Shown here: positions 9,407 to 18,340 of the stretch, piece by piece
How positions within the stretch are numbered: position 1 is the stretch's first letter
Layout: each line of letters begins with the position of its first letter
Assembly (NCBI GenBank): GCA_965612795.1
Contig: CBFDTI010000001.1
Location: forward strand, 37,895-101,894
DNA length: 64,000 bases
Reading direction: 5' to 3'
Source: an uncultured bacterium
GTDB taxonomy: Bacteria; Hydrothermota; UBA3073; NMUJ01
Position numbers and translations under genes: made by a program
The notes under the pieces: generated by a model
The model's database searches: none
The model's input: only the letters and a program-made list of their open reading frames with translations
Told to the model about the DNA's origin: nothing

Positions 9407-9753
9407 ATGACCGGGTGGATCGGGTGGTCGCCCCGATGTTGGGGAGGAAAGTCCGGGCACCACAGGGCAGGGTACCCCGCGATAAGCGGGGGCTCTAGGA
9501 GCGATATCTCCTAGAGACGGAAAGTGCCACAGAAAACAGACCGCCAGCGGTCCCGTTCTATGGGATGCGGGCAAGGGTGAAAAGGTGGGGTAAGAGCCCA
9601 CCGCTCTGGTGGCGACACCAGAGGCACGGCAAACCCTACCCGGTGCAAGGCCAAATAGGGGGAGAGGTGGCCCGCCTCGTCATCACCCCGGGTAGGCCGC
9701 TAAGATAGATGACCACCCTCGACAGAACCCGGCTTACAGATCCACCCGGTCAT
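9407..9753 (+). ncRNA. rnpB: RNase P RNA, bacterial type A-like
   Basis: Universal GAGGAAAGTCCGGGC and AGAACCCGGCTTA (P4); perfect 15-bp P1 (9407-9421 with 9739-9753); P2 GGGTGGTC/GACCACCC; GGGTGAAAAGGTGGGGTAAGAGCCCACC; CAAGGCCAAATAGG. Confidence 0.97.
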
Positions 9754-10832
9754 AACTTGTAGTATGGAGGATATACCAGTATATAATCACCGAACCCGTG
9801 TTCGTCCACAAATATGAACACCATGTTACGTGAATAGTAATACCATATCTCATAGGGCTTATATTCGAGTTCGAATGGATGTGATTCCACCTCATCCGGT
9901 GGCCCCAATAGTATATAAACCCTACCTCTATCGGTACGCCATCCTTCCTGAGTTTCACGAAAATGTGTATTCGCATACTCTACACGTTCCAGGTATGTCT
10001 CCTTATATTCATTATGTGGGGTACCGGGAGTAGGGTCACGTTTTTCCCAGAACTTCTTCCATAACTGTTCACGCTCGGAGCGAGTTTTGGCCTTCCTGAA
10101 CGCATCCATTTCGTCGCCTGTCGCTATGTAAGATAATACCTCGTAGTTATCGATGTACTTCCAATCAAGATATGGGCCAAACAGTAACGTATCTTCATAG
10201 ACTTTATCACCAAGCCTTAACTGATATATACCCTGCTTTTCGTCAGCTCTCACATATAACGTGCATGGGTAAGTGATTCTATCTCCACTCAAAATTATGC
10301 TGTCAGTTCTATCCCCTATTTTGTAATAAACTGTGAAAGGCGCTTTCTTCTCACGAAAATCATATACATTGAAAATCAAGTATCCCAAAAGCACACTATC
10401 TTCTGTTGCTATAAAAATAGGCGATGAGAACGTTAACACATTTTCTGGTTTATCTGGTATCCTGATAGTCTCTCGCTGCCTGGACACAGTTTGTGTCTGT
10501 AGATCACGTAGCTCCACTTCCAACGTATATTCGCCGGGTTCAAACGGCCCCATTTTCAGCTCACTTGTAAGCTCATAATACGACACGGTGGTTTCATATT
10601 CTGGGAACACTTTACGGTCTATATGGATGTCGCCGATCTCAATTTCACCATGCCTCATGTATGCCGAGATTGCAAAATTGGTCACAAACTCCGTATCTTG
10701 ACGTATGAAAGTGAGCTCGTTTGCCGGTATCGAAACATATACAAGCAGATATGGGCGCCCATCTTCCCATATAAGGGTTTTTTGGTAACTAAACCCTACC
10801 ATAAAAAGGAGTAATAAACACCACATACTCAC
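9750..10832 (-). CDS. GWxTD domain-containing exported protein
   Basis: FWEKRDPTPGT..NE....Y..RVEYAN..F...EGWRTDRGRVYILLGPPD, YEIWYY, FIFVD..GFGDY; N-terminal signal peptide. Confidence 0.9.
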   Translation of the reverse strand: MSMWCLLLLFMVGFSYQKTLIWEDGRPYLLVYVSIPANELTFIRQDTEFVTNFAISAYMRHGEIEIGDIHIDRKVFPEYETTVSYYELTSELKMGPFEPGEYTLEVELRDLQTQTVSRQRETIRIPDKPENVLTFSSPIFIATEDSVLLGYLIFNVYDFREKKAPFTVYYKIGDRTDSIILSGDRITYPCTLYVRADEKQGIYQLRLGDKVYEDTLLFGPYLDWKYIDNYEVLSYIATGDEMDAFRKAKTRSEREQLWKKFWEKRDPTPGTPHNEYKETYLERVEYANTHFRETQEGWRTDRGRVYILLGPPDEVESHPFELEYKPYEIWYYYSRNMVFIFVDEHGFGDYILVYPPYYKL

Positions 10833-10866
10833 TTATAAGTTACTGGACAAATCCATTTATGCAATA

Positions 10867-11001
10867 TCATTCGTGTGTCCCGAACATCTGTAAGAATTTC
10901 ACAATAACATTGATATTACGCCAGAGAAATATCAATCCTATAAGCAGAAATATTAGCACGATTATAGGAGTCCATGCAGGTCTTATCCTCCTATACTGCA
11001 C
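10867..11001 (-). CDS. small single-pass membrane protein (44 aa)
   Basis: Not in the ORF track: GTG start, MQYRRIRPAWTPIIVLIFLLIGLIFLWRNINVIVKFLQMFGTHE*; basic N-terminus plus a hydrophobic helix; fills the gap between trmI and the GWxTD gene. Confidence 0.5.
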   Translation of the reverse strand: MQYRRIRPAWTPIIVLIFLLIGLIFLWRNINVIVKFLQMFGTHE

Positions 11002-11011
11002 AAATTTATAG

Positions 11012-11785
11012 TTAGGCCATTTCATTCACAATTTTATTCCCAAATGTAATATAACCCGTATGACATATCATAAACTCCCTTGGCCGTGTTTTACCCTCAC
11101 GCACCAATATCTCACGTTCTATAACCTCCACTGTACGTAACCGCACAAAGTAACTCTTCAACGCCTCATATGTTTTCTGTACCTGTTCAATGTTAGGTGA
11201 AAGTGATACCCAAAATCCACCGGGTTCTAGCACCTCATACACTGGACGGACGAATTCCCATGGTTCAGGTACATCCACAAAAGCCACCTCCACTGCAGGG
11301 ATATTGAACCCTTCCTTTGTAGGGTCACACAGTAAGAATTCCACTCTATCTGCTAAGCTTGCCCTCCTCACATTGTTTATTGCATTATCCAGAAACTCCT
11401 TACGACGCTCAAATGAGTATACTTTACCTGTTGTCCCCACGATAGTGGCAAGCACTATGGTGAATGCACCCGATCCTGTACCCACTTCGAGAACACGGCT
11501 ACCACATCCTATAGACGTATATAACAACATAAGGCCAGCATCTTTTGGATATATGATAGTTGTCAATCTACGTACCTTAAGCATTAGATCGCCGGTGGCT
11601 GGCTTTATCACATAAAATGTCGTCCCAGATGAGGAAACAATCTTCTCACCCCATTTCAAATCCTCAGGTAGGATAATCTCCCCCTTATGTGTGGAAAATT
11701 TAACCCCTGGTTTATAAACAAGTAGAAACTGTGCCTTCGGTCCACTATACAATAGAATTTGGTCACCTTCGTGCACTGATTGCAT
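11012..11785 (-). CDS. trmI: tRNA (adenine-58-N1)-methyltransferase
   Basis: FSTHKG, TIIYPKD, VLEVGTGSG, DVPEPW, SPNIEQV, RP...M..HTGY. Confidence 0.9.
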   Translation of the reverse strand: MQSVHEGDQILLYSGPKAQFLLVYKPGVKFSTHKGEIILPEDLKWGEKIVSSSGTTFYVIKPATGDLMLKVRRLTTIIYPKDAGLMLLYTSIGCGSRVLEVGTGSGAFTIVLATIVGTTGKVYSFERRKEFLDNAINNVRRASLADRVEFLLCDPTKEGFNIPAVEVAFVDVPEPWEFVRPVYEVLEPGGFWVSLSPNIEQVQKTYEALKSYFVRLRTVEVIEREILVREGKTRPREFMICHTGYITFGNKIVNEMA

Positions 11786-12918
11786 TACTTGAAAAATTCA
11801 ATAATCGTATCTATAACATAATCAACCTCATCTTCCGATAAATACTGGAAAATAGGCAAAGATAGCACCTCCTTACTAGCTTTTTCAGAAACTGGCAGAT
11901 CACCCTCCCTATAACCAAGGTATGATAACGCCGGCTGTAAGTGACACGGTATGGGATAATGTATTGCAGTTTCTATCCCTCTCTCCTGGAGGAACTTCCG
12001 CAGATTATCACGTTCTGGCGTCCTTATAGTGTACTGGTGATAGATATGGGTTCTATCAGGCTTTTTAGTTGGTATTTCAACAACCCCCTGGAGCTTCATA
12101 TTGTATTTGGCTGCAATAGCTCTTCGACGTTCGTTCCACTCTTCAAGACGTTTAAAATTCACGCTAAGTATAGCAGCCTGTATCGCATCGAGCCGCGAGT
12201 TATACCCCCAATCCGGATAGTAATACTTCCTTGTGGCCCCATGTATTCTATATGTCTTGACTTTCTCATAAAGTGCAGGATCATCTGTAAATATCATGCC
12301 TGCATCACCAAATGCAGGTAGATTTTTTGTAGGGAAGAAGCTCACCCCTCCTAACAAGCCGAACGAGCCCACCTTTTTACCTTTGTATTCAGCACCTAAT
12401 GCTTGTGCAAGATCCTCTACCACGGGTATCTCATACTTTGTAGCAATATCCATGATTTCATCCATATCCGCACTCTGGCCATAAAGATGTACAGGCATGA
12501 TCGCCTTTAACCGTGAACGTACAGATGGCGGCAGATGTTTAATCACAATAGCAAGGTGTGCGGGATCCATATTGTAGGTTTGGGGTTCGATATCCACAAA
12601 GATAGGTGTAGCACCCAACCGTATTATAACCTCAGGTGTTGCAAAAAACGTAAATGTAGTAGTTATGACGAAATCACCCTGTCCCACACCTATCGCACGT
12701 AGTGCCAGCAGTAATGCATCTGTGCCACTCGCTACTCCCAACGCATATGAGGTACCTACATAATGTGCTAATGTTTGTTCAAGCTGTGCTACAACATCAC
12801 CCAGAATAAACCTACCGGTATTAAGTACTGAGCCGATTGCTGCATCTATATCGGGTTTCAAGTCTTCATACAATCGTCGAAGATTAATCAACGGTACATG
12901 CATCTCATATCTCTTCAT
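11785..12918 (-). CDS. DegT/DnrJ/EryC1/StrS family PLP-dependent sugar aminotransferase
   Basis: SGTDAL.LAL, PVHLYGQ, ED.AQA, SFFPTKNL..FGDAG, NSRLD..QAA, IHYP.P.H.QP. Confidence 0.93.
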   Translation of the reverse strand: MKRYEMHVPLINLRRLYEDLKPDIDAAIGSVLNTGRFILGDVVAQLEQTLAHYVGTSYALGVASGTDALLLALRAIGVGQGDFVITTTFTFFATPEVIIRLGATPIFVDIEPQTYNMDPAHLAIVIKHLPPSVRSRLKAIMPVHLYGQSADMDEIMDIATKYEIPVVEDLAQALGAEYKGKKVGSFGLLGGVSFFPTKNLPAFGDAGMIFTDDPALYEKVKTYRIHGATRKYYYPDWGYNSRLDAIQAAILSVNFKRLEEWNERRRAIAAKYNMKLQGVVEIPTKKPDRTHIYHQYTIRTPERDNLRKFLQERGIETAIHYPIPCHLQPALSYLGYREGDLPVSEKASKEVLSLPIFQYLSEDEVDYVIDTIIEFFK

Positions 12919-13475
12919 TTTACGCGTTCAATATATTCGCCAGTACGTGTATCAACTTTGATGATATCGCCTTCCTCGATAAATAGTGGTACCGTAATGG
13001 TGAGTCCCGTCTCCAGTTTAGCAGGTTTACTACCGCCGGTCGCAGTATCACCACGTACACCAGGGGGTGTCTCAACTACTTTAAGTTCGACAAAATTTGG
13101 CAATTTCACACCTACAGGTTCGCCATCTGCATAAACTATATTCACGTTCATGTTCTCTGTAAGGTAATTACGTGCTTCACCCACAACTTCAACAGATAGC
13201 GGAAGCTGATCGTATGTTTCCATATCCATGAAATAGAACGTATCGCCTTCACGATATATGTACTGAAAGTTCTTTTCCTCCAGATGTACGATGTCTATCT
13301 TATCGCCCGCTTTGAAGGTACGTTCCAGCACCACACCAGTTTTAAGGTTTTTGAGCCGTGTTCGCACAAAAGCACCACCTCTACCCATTTTCACATGTTG
13401 AAAATCCACAACTGTATAGAGGGCATCCTCCAACTTTATTGTTACACCTTTTCTTAGGTCGGATGTTGTGGCCAT
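12915..13475 (-). CDS. efp: translation elongation factor P (Arg32 loop type)
   Basis: FQHVKMGRGGAFVRT.LKNL, FMD.ETYDQ, PG.RGDTA...KPA.LETG, VP.FI..GD...VDTR.GEY..R. Confidence 0.97.
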   Translation of the reverse strand: MATTSDLRKGVTIKLEDALYTVVDFQHVKMGRGGAFVRTRLKNLKTGVVLERTFKAGDKIDIVHLEEKNFQYIYREGDTFYFMDMETYDQLPLSVEVVGEARNYLTENMNVNIVYADGEPVGVKLPNFVELKVVETPPGVRGDTATGGSKPAKLETGLTITVPLFIEEGDIIKVDTRTGEYIERVK

Positions 13476-13476
13476 A

Positions 13477-14214
13477 TCACCCCCTTGTTATACTAAAAGT
13501 CGCCAAATACTGTTTAATAAGTGGTATGTTGGAGGTTTTGAACTCCTCAATATCGCCCTCGAAGATTATCTTACCTTCCGCCAACATCGCTATTTTATCC
13601 GCTACGGTAAATGTACACTGTAGATCATGTGTCACAATTATTGCTGTAAGTCCAAGTGTTTTCTGTAGTTCCTTTATTAACTCGTTTATCTTTTGTGCAG
13701 TGAGTGGATCCAATCCCGTCGTAGGTTCATCAAATAGTAGATATTTGGGTTCCATTGCCAACGCACGTGCAATAGCTACACGTTTTTTCATACCACCCGA
13801 GAGCTCCGATGGCATAAGTTCTTCGCTACCCGCCATCTCAACGAGTGTGAGTTTATCACGTGCTATACGACGTAGATTCTCCTCCGGCAAATGGTCGTGC
13901 ACCCTCAATGCAAGTGTAACATTTTCCCATACAGGTGACGAGTCGAGTAACGCCGAGCCCTGAAACACCATAGCCATTTTCCTACGTATGTTCCAAAGCT
14001 GTTTGCTGGATGCTCTCGTTATATCTATACCATCTATAAATATATTACCGCTGTCAGGTTTAAGTAACCCTATGATGTGTTTCAATAACACACTTTTGCC
14101 CACCCCCGAACGCCCCAATATTACAGTGATCTTCTTCTCTGGAATTATGAGGTTTACACCCCTTAACACATGGTTATCACCAAAGGATTTATGTAAATCT
14201 TTAACCTCTATCAT
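13477..14214 (-). CDS. mlaF: MlaF/Mkl-type ABC transporter ATP-binding protein
   Basis: GRSGVGKS Walker A, LSGGMKKRVA, DEPTTGLDP, VTHD; adjacent to mlaE. Confidence 0.85.
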   Translation of the reverse strand: MIEVKDLHKSFGDNHVLRGVNLIIPEKKITVILGRSGVGKSVLLKHIIGLLKPDSGNIFIDGIDITRASSKQLWNIRRKMAMVFQGSALLDSSPVWENVTLALRVHDHLPEENLRRIARDKLTLVEMAGSEELMPSELSGGMKKRVAIARALAMEPKYLLFDEPTTGLDPLTAQKINELIKELQKTLGLTAIIVTHDLQCTFTVADKIAMLAEGKIIFEGDIEEFKTSNIPLIKQYLATFSITRG

Positions 14215-14954
14215 AAGTAATTAAACATCAGCACACCAACAACGTTGTCAAACAACAACACAAGTACTGAAGCAGCTACTACACTTTGAGTAGCACATTT
14301 ACCTACACTTTCGGCACCTCCCATAGCTTTCATCCCATAGAAGGTACCAATAATACCTATTATTACACCGAATACTGCACTCTTGACAAGGCTACCCGCA
14401 AACTCTATCGGCAGAAAATTAAACCTTAATCCCTCTATGTAGTTGATCAATTTTATATGAAGTAAAGTAGCTGCACATACCCCACCACCTATCATAGCAG
14501 AGACCTCACCCACCATCGTCAATATCGGGGTAGCAATCAACGTCGCCATTATCCTTGGCAATATTATGTAATGATAAGGATCTATAGCAAGTGTCTCAAG
14601 AGCATCTATCTGCTCGGTGACCTTCATGCTACCTATCTCTGCTGCTAAAGCTGACGTCACCTTACCTGCGAGTAGCAACCCCGTTAATAATGGACCTAAC
14701 ATTATAAGGAACGCTTTTGCTACTGCCATACCTATGTACACTTCAGGGAAATACCCCCTCCCCTGAAAGGCGGCTTGATACGCGGTGGCAAATCCACCAA
14801 AGAAGAGCGTTATCAATATGATGGATAACGAACCTACACCAAGCTTCCAAACTTCACTGATAATAGATGGTATCACACTGAAAACCCTCGGTAAACGCTT
14901 GAGCACTTCCCATATAAATAGTGTAAGCTCCCCTACATAACTAAGTGCCTTCAT
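14211..14954 (-). CDS. mlaE: MlaE-family ABC transporter permease
   Basis: LGP.L..L.LAG...S..AAEIGSMKVTEQIDAL, PR..A, G...GGAE.VG...T..VV; ATG at 14954 preferred over the GTG at 14975. Confidence 0.88.
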   Translation of the reverse strand: MKALSYVGELTLFIWEVLKRLPRVFSVIPSIISEVWKLGVGSLSIILITLFFGGFATAYQAAFQGRGYFPEVYIGMAVAKAFLIMLGPLLTGLLLAGKVTSALAAEIGSMKVTEQIDALETLAIDPYHYIILPRIMATLIATPILTMVGEVSAMIGGGVCAATLLHIKLINYIEGLRFNFLPIEFAGSLVKSAVFGVIIGIIGTFYGMKAMGGAESVGKCATQSVVAASVLVLLFDNVVGVLMFNYL

Positions 14955-16281
14955 ATTGCCTCTCAAGTTCCACAAAACGGGTATAATCTTCTTGAAAATA
15001 TAGTTGTGTTATACCCACAGGACCATTACGATTTTTACCAATAATTACTTGGAAAATATTTTGTTCAGTTTCGGTCTCCGGTTTGTGTAAAAATATCACA
15101 ATATCTGCATCCTGCTCTATAGCACCAGATTCACGTAAATCCGATAATTTTGGTGGCCTCTTCTCCCTCGCAGCAGCCCTCGATAGCTGCGATACTGCAA
15201 TAACCGGTAAGTCTAACTCTTTGGCTAAATCTTTCAACGATCTGGATATAAAGCTTATCTCCTGCTGACGATTCTCCATTCTACGGTGTGACGTAATAAG
15301 CTGTAGATAATCGACTATTATGAGCTTGACATCTTCTCGTGATTTAAGTCTCCGTGCCTTTGCACGTAATTCCAGTATAGATATTGCCGGTGTATCATCA
15401 ATAAAGATAGGAGATTCGGAGAGATTACCCGACGCAGTGTATAATCGGGAGAGATCCTCTTGTGTTATATTACCGGTCCGTACTTTATGGATACCCACCT
15501 GTGCATGCATACACAGTAGACGTTGTACAACATGCTCTTTTGACATTTCTAAACTAAAAAACGCAACCGGCACAGGTGGATCCGAACGTACCGCGAGATG
15601 TTCTATAATATTAAGTGCAAATGCTGTTTTACCCATACCAGGGCGCGCTGCTAGGACAATAAATTCACTGTTATGAAAACCTGCAGTATATTTATCAAGA
15701 TCATTGAACCCAGAAGGTATACCAGTGATGAACCTTCGTTCCCTATAAGCCTTTTCTATCATCTCGAACACATCCGTAAGCACCGCACGTACAGGTATAA
15801 ACCCCCTCTTTATTCTCTTCTCTTTAATAGAGAATATGAGTCTCTCCGCCTCATCCAACGTCTCATCCACGTCCTCCGGCATAGCATACGCTGCCTCGAT
15901 GATCTTTTTACCAGCTCGTATCATCTCACGCAAAACAGCCTTGTCTGCAACTATGCGCGCATAATGCTCGATATTTGCCAGAGAGGCGACGCTTTCTAAC
16001 AAATTGGCTAAGAACTCTTTTCCGCCAATTTCTTCTAACATTCCTTTGTCTTTCAGTTTTTCGGCCAATGTCACAACATCAACAACTTCGTTTGATTCAT
16101 ACATTTCGACTATTGTTTCAAAGATTTGGCGATGCGATTTGAGGTAGAATGTGTTAGGTGTAAGCATAGTTATGACCTTCTCTATAGCATCTTTACTCAT
16201 TATCATAGCACCCAGCAGGCTACGTTCTGCGTCTACTGAGTGTGGTTCGTATGCCTCAATTTGTTCTTTCTTCTCTTTCAT
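14941..16281 (-). CDS. dnaB: replicative DNA helicase
   Basis: PHSVDAERSLLG, AARPGMGKT, FSLEMS, VDYLQL, SQLSR, DLRESGAIEQDAD, KNRNG; no intein. Confidence 0.97.
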   Translation of the reverse strand: MKEKKEQIEAYEPHSVDAERSLLGAMIMSKDAIEKVITMLTPNTFYLKSHRQIFETIVEMYESNEVVDVVTLAEKLKDKGMLEEIGGKEFLANLLESVASLANIEHYARIVADKAVLREMIRAGKKIIEAAYAMPEDVDETLDEAERLIFSIKEKRIKRGFIPVRAVLTDVFEMIEKAYRERRFITGIPSGFNDLDKYTAGFHNSEFIVLAARPGMGKTAFALNIIEHLAVRSDPPVPVAFFSLEMSKEHVVQRLLCMHAQVGIHKVRTGNITQEDLSRLYTASGNLSESPIFIDDTPAISILELRAKARRLKSREDVKLIIVDYLQLITSHRRMENRQQEISFISRSLKDLAKELDLPVIAVSQLSRAAAREKRPPKLSDLRESGAIEQDADIVIFLHKPETETEQNIFQVIIGKNRNGPVGITQLYFQEDYTRFVELERQYEGT

Positions 16282-16945
16282 CGTAAAGTCTCCTTAGTAA
16301 TTTAAGATGTTCCCAGGCCTCTTTTTTCCAACCTCCGTGTCTAAGCAGTGCTGCTGGGTGAAATGTTGGTAACACTTTAATTCCCTTCCAGTCGCATATT
16401 TTACCTCGTAGTCTACTGAATTCATACCTACTTTTCTCCAATATTACCGATGTAGCAAATTTACCCAATGTCAATATTATGCTGGGCTTTATAATTTCGA
16501 TCTGACGTATTAGATAATCTTTACATGCTCTTATCTCTTCCGGTAGAGGATCTCGGTTCCCTGGTGGCCTGCATTTCAATACATTCGCTATATAGACGTC
16601 CTCCCTACTAAATCCAATAGCTTCTAACATCTTATCCAGCAGTTTACCTGCTTCACCCACGAACGGTCTGCCTTGCAGATCTTCTTCCCTACCTGGTGCC
16701 TCACCTACCAACATGATGACACAATTTGGATTACCTTCCCCAAACACCACCTTGTTCCTGGTCTTGTGTAATCCACACTTTTTGCACTCCAAAACCTTCC
16801 TCTTAAGTTCATCCAAAACTTTAACCTTACCCTCTTTTATCGCCTTACCTGTTACCCTTATTACACTATTTTCAAGCCAATAGATACCCCTACCCAACAA
16901 CTCTTCACTCTTAAAGTATTGCTTTAATTTATCAATTTTCATCAA
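16256..16945 (-). CDS. uracil-DNA glycosylase family 4 (4Fe-4S)
   Basis: [37 protein letters not shown]. Confidence 0.93.
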   Translation of the reverse strand: MMKIDKLKQYFKSEELLGRGIYWLENSVIRVTGKAIKEGKVKVLDELKRKVLECKKCGLHKTRNKVVFGEGNPNCVIMLVGEAPGREEDLQGRPFVGEAGKLLDKMLEAIGFSREDVYIANVLKCRPPGNRDPLPEEIRACKDYLIRQIEIIKPSIILTLGKFATSVILEKSRYEFSRLRGKICDWKGIKVLPTFHPAALLRHGGWKKEAWEHLKLLRRLYDEREERTN

Positions 16946-17567
16946 AAATAAAAAAATTTTCTACCTTATCTACAATTATTTTGCTCAATTTTCTTTTCGA
17001 TACCCTACCGATATCCCAAATTTTAAGCTCTCTATCCACAATTATTGCCTCAATATTATCGCTACCAAATGTCGTTGGTTTATTAACAACTATCATATCG
17101 AGTCCTTTTTTCCTCAGCTTCTCTACCCCATTCCATACCATAAATTCTGTCTCCAATGCGAATCCGACTAGGGTCTTACCTGGGTATCGTTTTCTTGTGA
17201 TTTCCAGCACATCTGGTGTGGGTTCGAACTTAGGCTCAAATTTTACATCTTTTTTAAGCTTCTTGTTGTATCTCTTGACCGGCTTAAAATCTGTGGGTGC
17301 TGCACACATTATTAATGCCGCCCCCCTCTTTAAGTTTTCGACGACTGCATTGAGCATCTCTTCTGTTGACTCCACTCGCACAAATTCTACTCCTACCGGT
17401 TTTTCCAACCCTGTGGGTCCAGACACCAGTATAACATGTCCTCCCCTATCTCTAATCTCTTCCGCTATAGCGTATCCCATTTTACCCGAAGCTGGGTTTG
17501 AGATAAATCTCACCGCATCTATATACTCTCTAGTAGGTCCCGCTGTCACCACTATAGTTCTACCCAC
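16932..17567 (-). CDS. coaB: phosphopantothenate--cysteine ligase domain (CoaB half of coaBC)
   Basis: TAGPTRE.ID.VRFISN.ASGKMG, AA..DF, VGFALET; joins the upstream CoaC frame if one A is added to the A9 run. Confidence 0.9.
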   Translation of the reverse strand: MGRTIVVTAGPTREYIDAVRFISNPASGKMGYAIAEEIRDRGGHVILVSGPTGLEKPVGVEFVRVESTEEMLNAVVENLKRGAALIMCAAPTDFKPVKRYNKKLKKDVKFEPKFEPTPDVLEITRKRYPGKTLVGFALETEFMVWNGVEKLRKKGLDMIVVNKPTTFGSDNIEAIIVDRELKIWDIGRVSKRKLSKIIVDKVENFFIFDEN

Positions 17568-18121
17568 TAAACTTTTTTTTTATCCAGAATTTCTTCCACA
17601 AATTTCACTATCTTCTCGGGGTTACGCATCCTACCCTTACCGATCTTACCGGACGCCAGCTCACCCTCCTCCGGCTCTATTATCTTATATCCCATAACTT
17701 CCGACAACTTTCTGATATTTTCCTGCAACACTTTATTTTCCCATAACCTTTCTTCCATGGCAGGTGCCAACACCACCGGTGCCCTTGTTGTTGCAACTGT
17801 TGCCAACAACACATTATCTGCAATACCAGCCGCTACTTTGTTAATAAAATCGTAACTAGCGGGTGCCACTAACACCAAGTCAGCATCTGCCAACTCCACA
17901 TGTACTGGTACAGTTTGTGATATAAAAAACTCGCTATAAACCTTATTCTGGCTCAACACCTCCGCTGCAAGTGGCGAAACAAACTGTTTAGCATCCGGTG
18001 TCAACACAACCTTCACCTCGTATCCTTCTTTCCTGAGCAACCTCACAATTTCCAACCCTTTATATGCAGCAATACTCGCAGTAATACCGAGTATCACCTC
18101 TCCTTTTCTTCCTCTTTCCAT
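17567..18121 (-). CDS. coaC: phosphopantothenoylcysteine decarboxylase domain (CoaC half of coaBC)
   Basis: GITASIAAYK, HVELA.AD...VAPAS, G.AD, APAM, GELASG..GKGRM. Confidence 0.9.
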   Translation of the reverse strand: MERGRKGEVILGITASIAAYKGLEIVRLLRKEGYEVKVVLTPDAKQFVSPLAAEVLSQNKVYSEFFISQTVPVHVELADADLVLVAPASYDFINKVAAGIADNVLLATVATTRAPVVLAPAMEERLWENKVLQENIRKLSEVMGYKIIEPEEGELASGKIGKGRMRNPEKIVKFVEEILDKKKV

Positions 18122-18324
18122 ACCACCTTCTTCTCTATGAGCCTCCTTAAGCTTTCCAGGCTAAAGTTTCGCAACTCACCCCCCATTATCTCGCCACCTA
18201 ACATCTTAAAATCACGAAATATCCTATGCGCCTCTTTAGCCGCTATCACTATCGCCTTATATTTGTTATCCACAACCTTCTCCAAATCCTCAACTGCTAC
18301 AAATGGTCTCTTTTTTTCTGCCAT
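18094..18324 (-). CDS. rpoZ: RNA polymerase omega subunit
   Basis: VDNKYKAIVIAAKEA resembles the omega N.Y..V..AA.RA motif; canonical position upstream of coaBC. Confidence 0.75.
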   Translation of the reverse strand: MAEKKRPFVAVEDLEKVVDNKYKAIVIAAKEAHRIFRDFKMLGGEIMGGELRNFSLESLRRLIEKKVVWKEEEKER

Positions 18325-18340
18325 TTTTATCCTGTTAAGT

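Noticed and set aside
9359..9601. 80-aa minus-strand ORF
   Set aside because: Antisense shadow of the RNase P RNA gene
14941..16281. Intein in DnaB
   Set aside because: 446 aa is normal length and the helicase motifs are contiguous
16981..17697. 238-aa plus-strand ORF (similarly 13358-13963, 6591-7142 and 54226-54873)
   Set aside because: Lie antisense to well-supported genes, have Ser/Ile/Phe-rich shadow composition and no recognisable motifs
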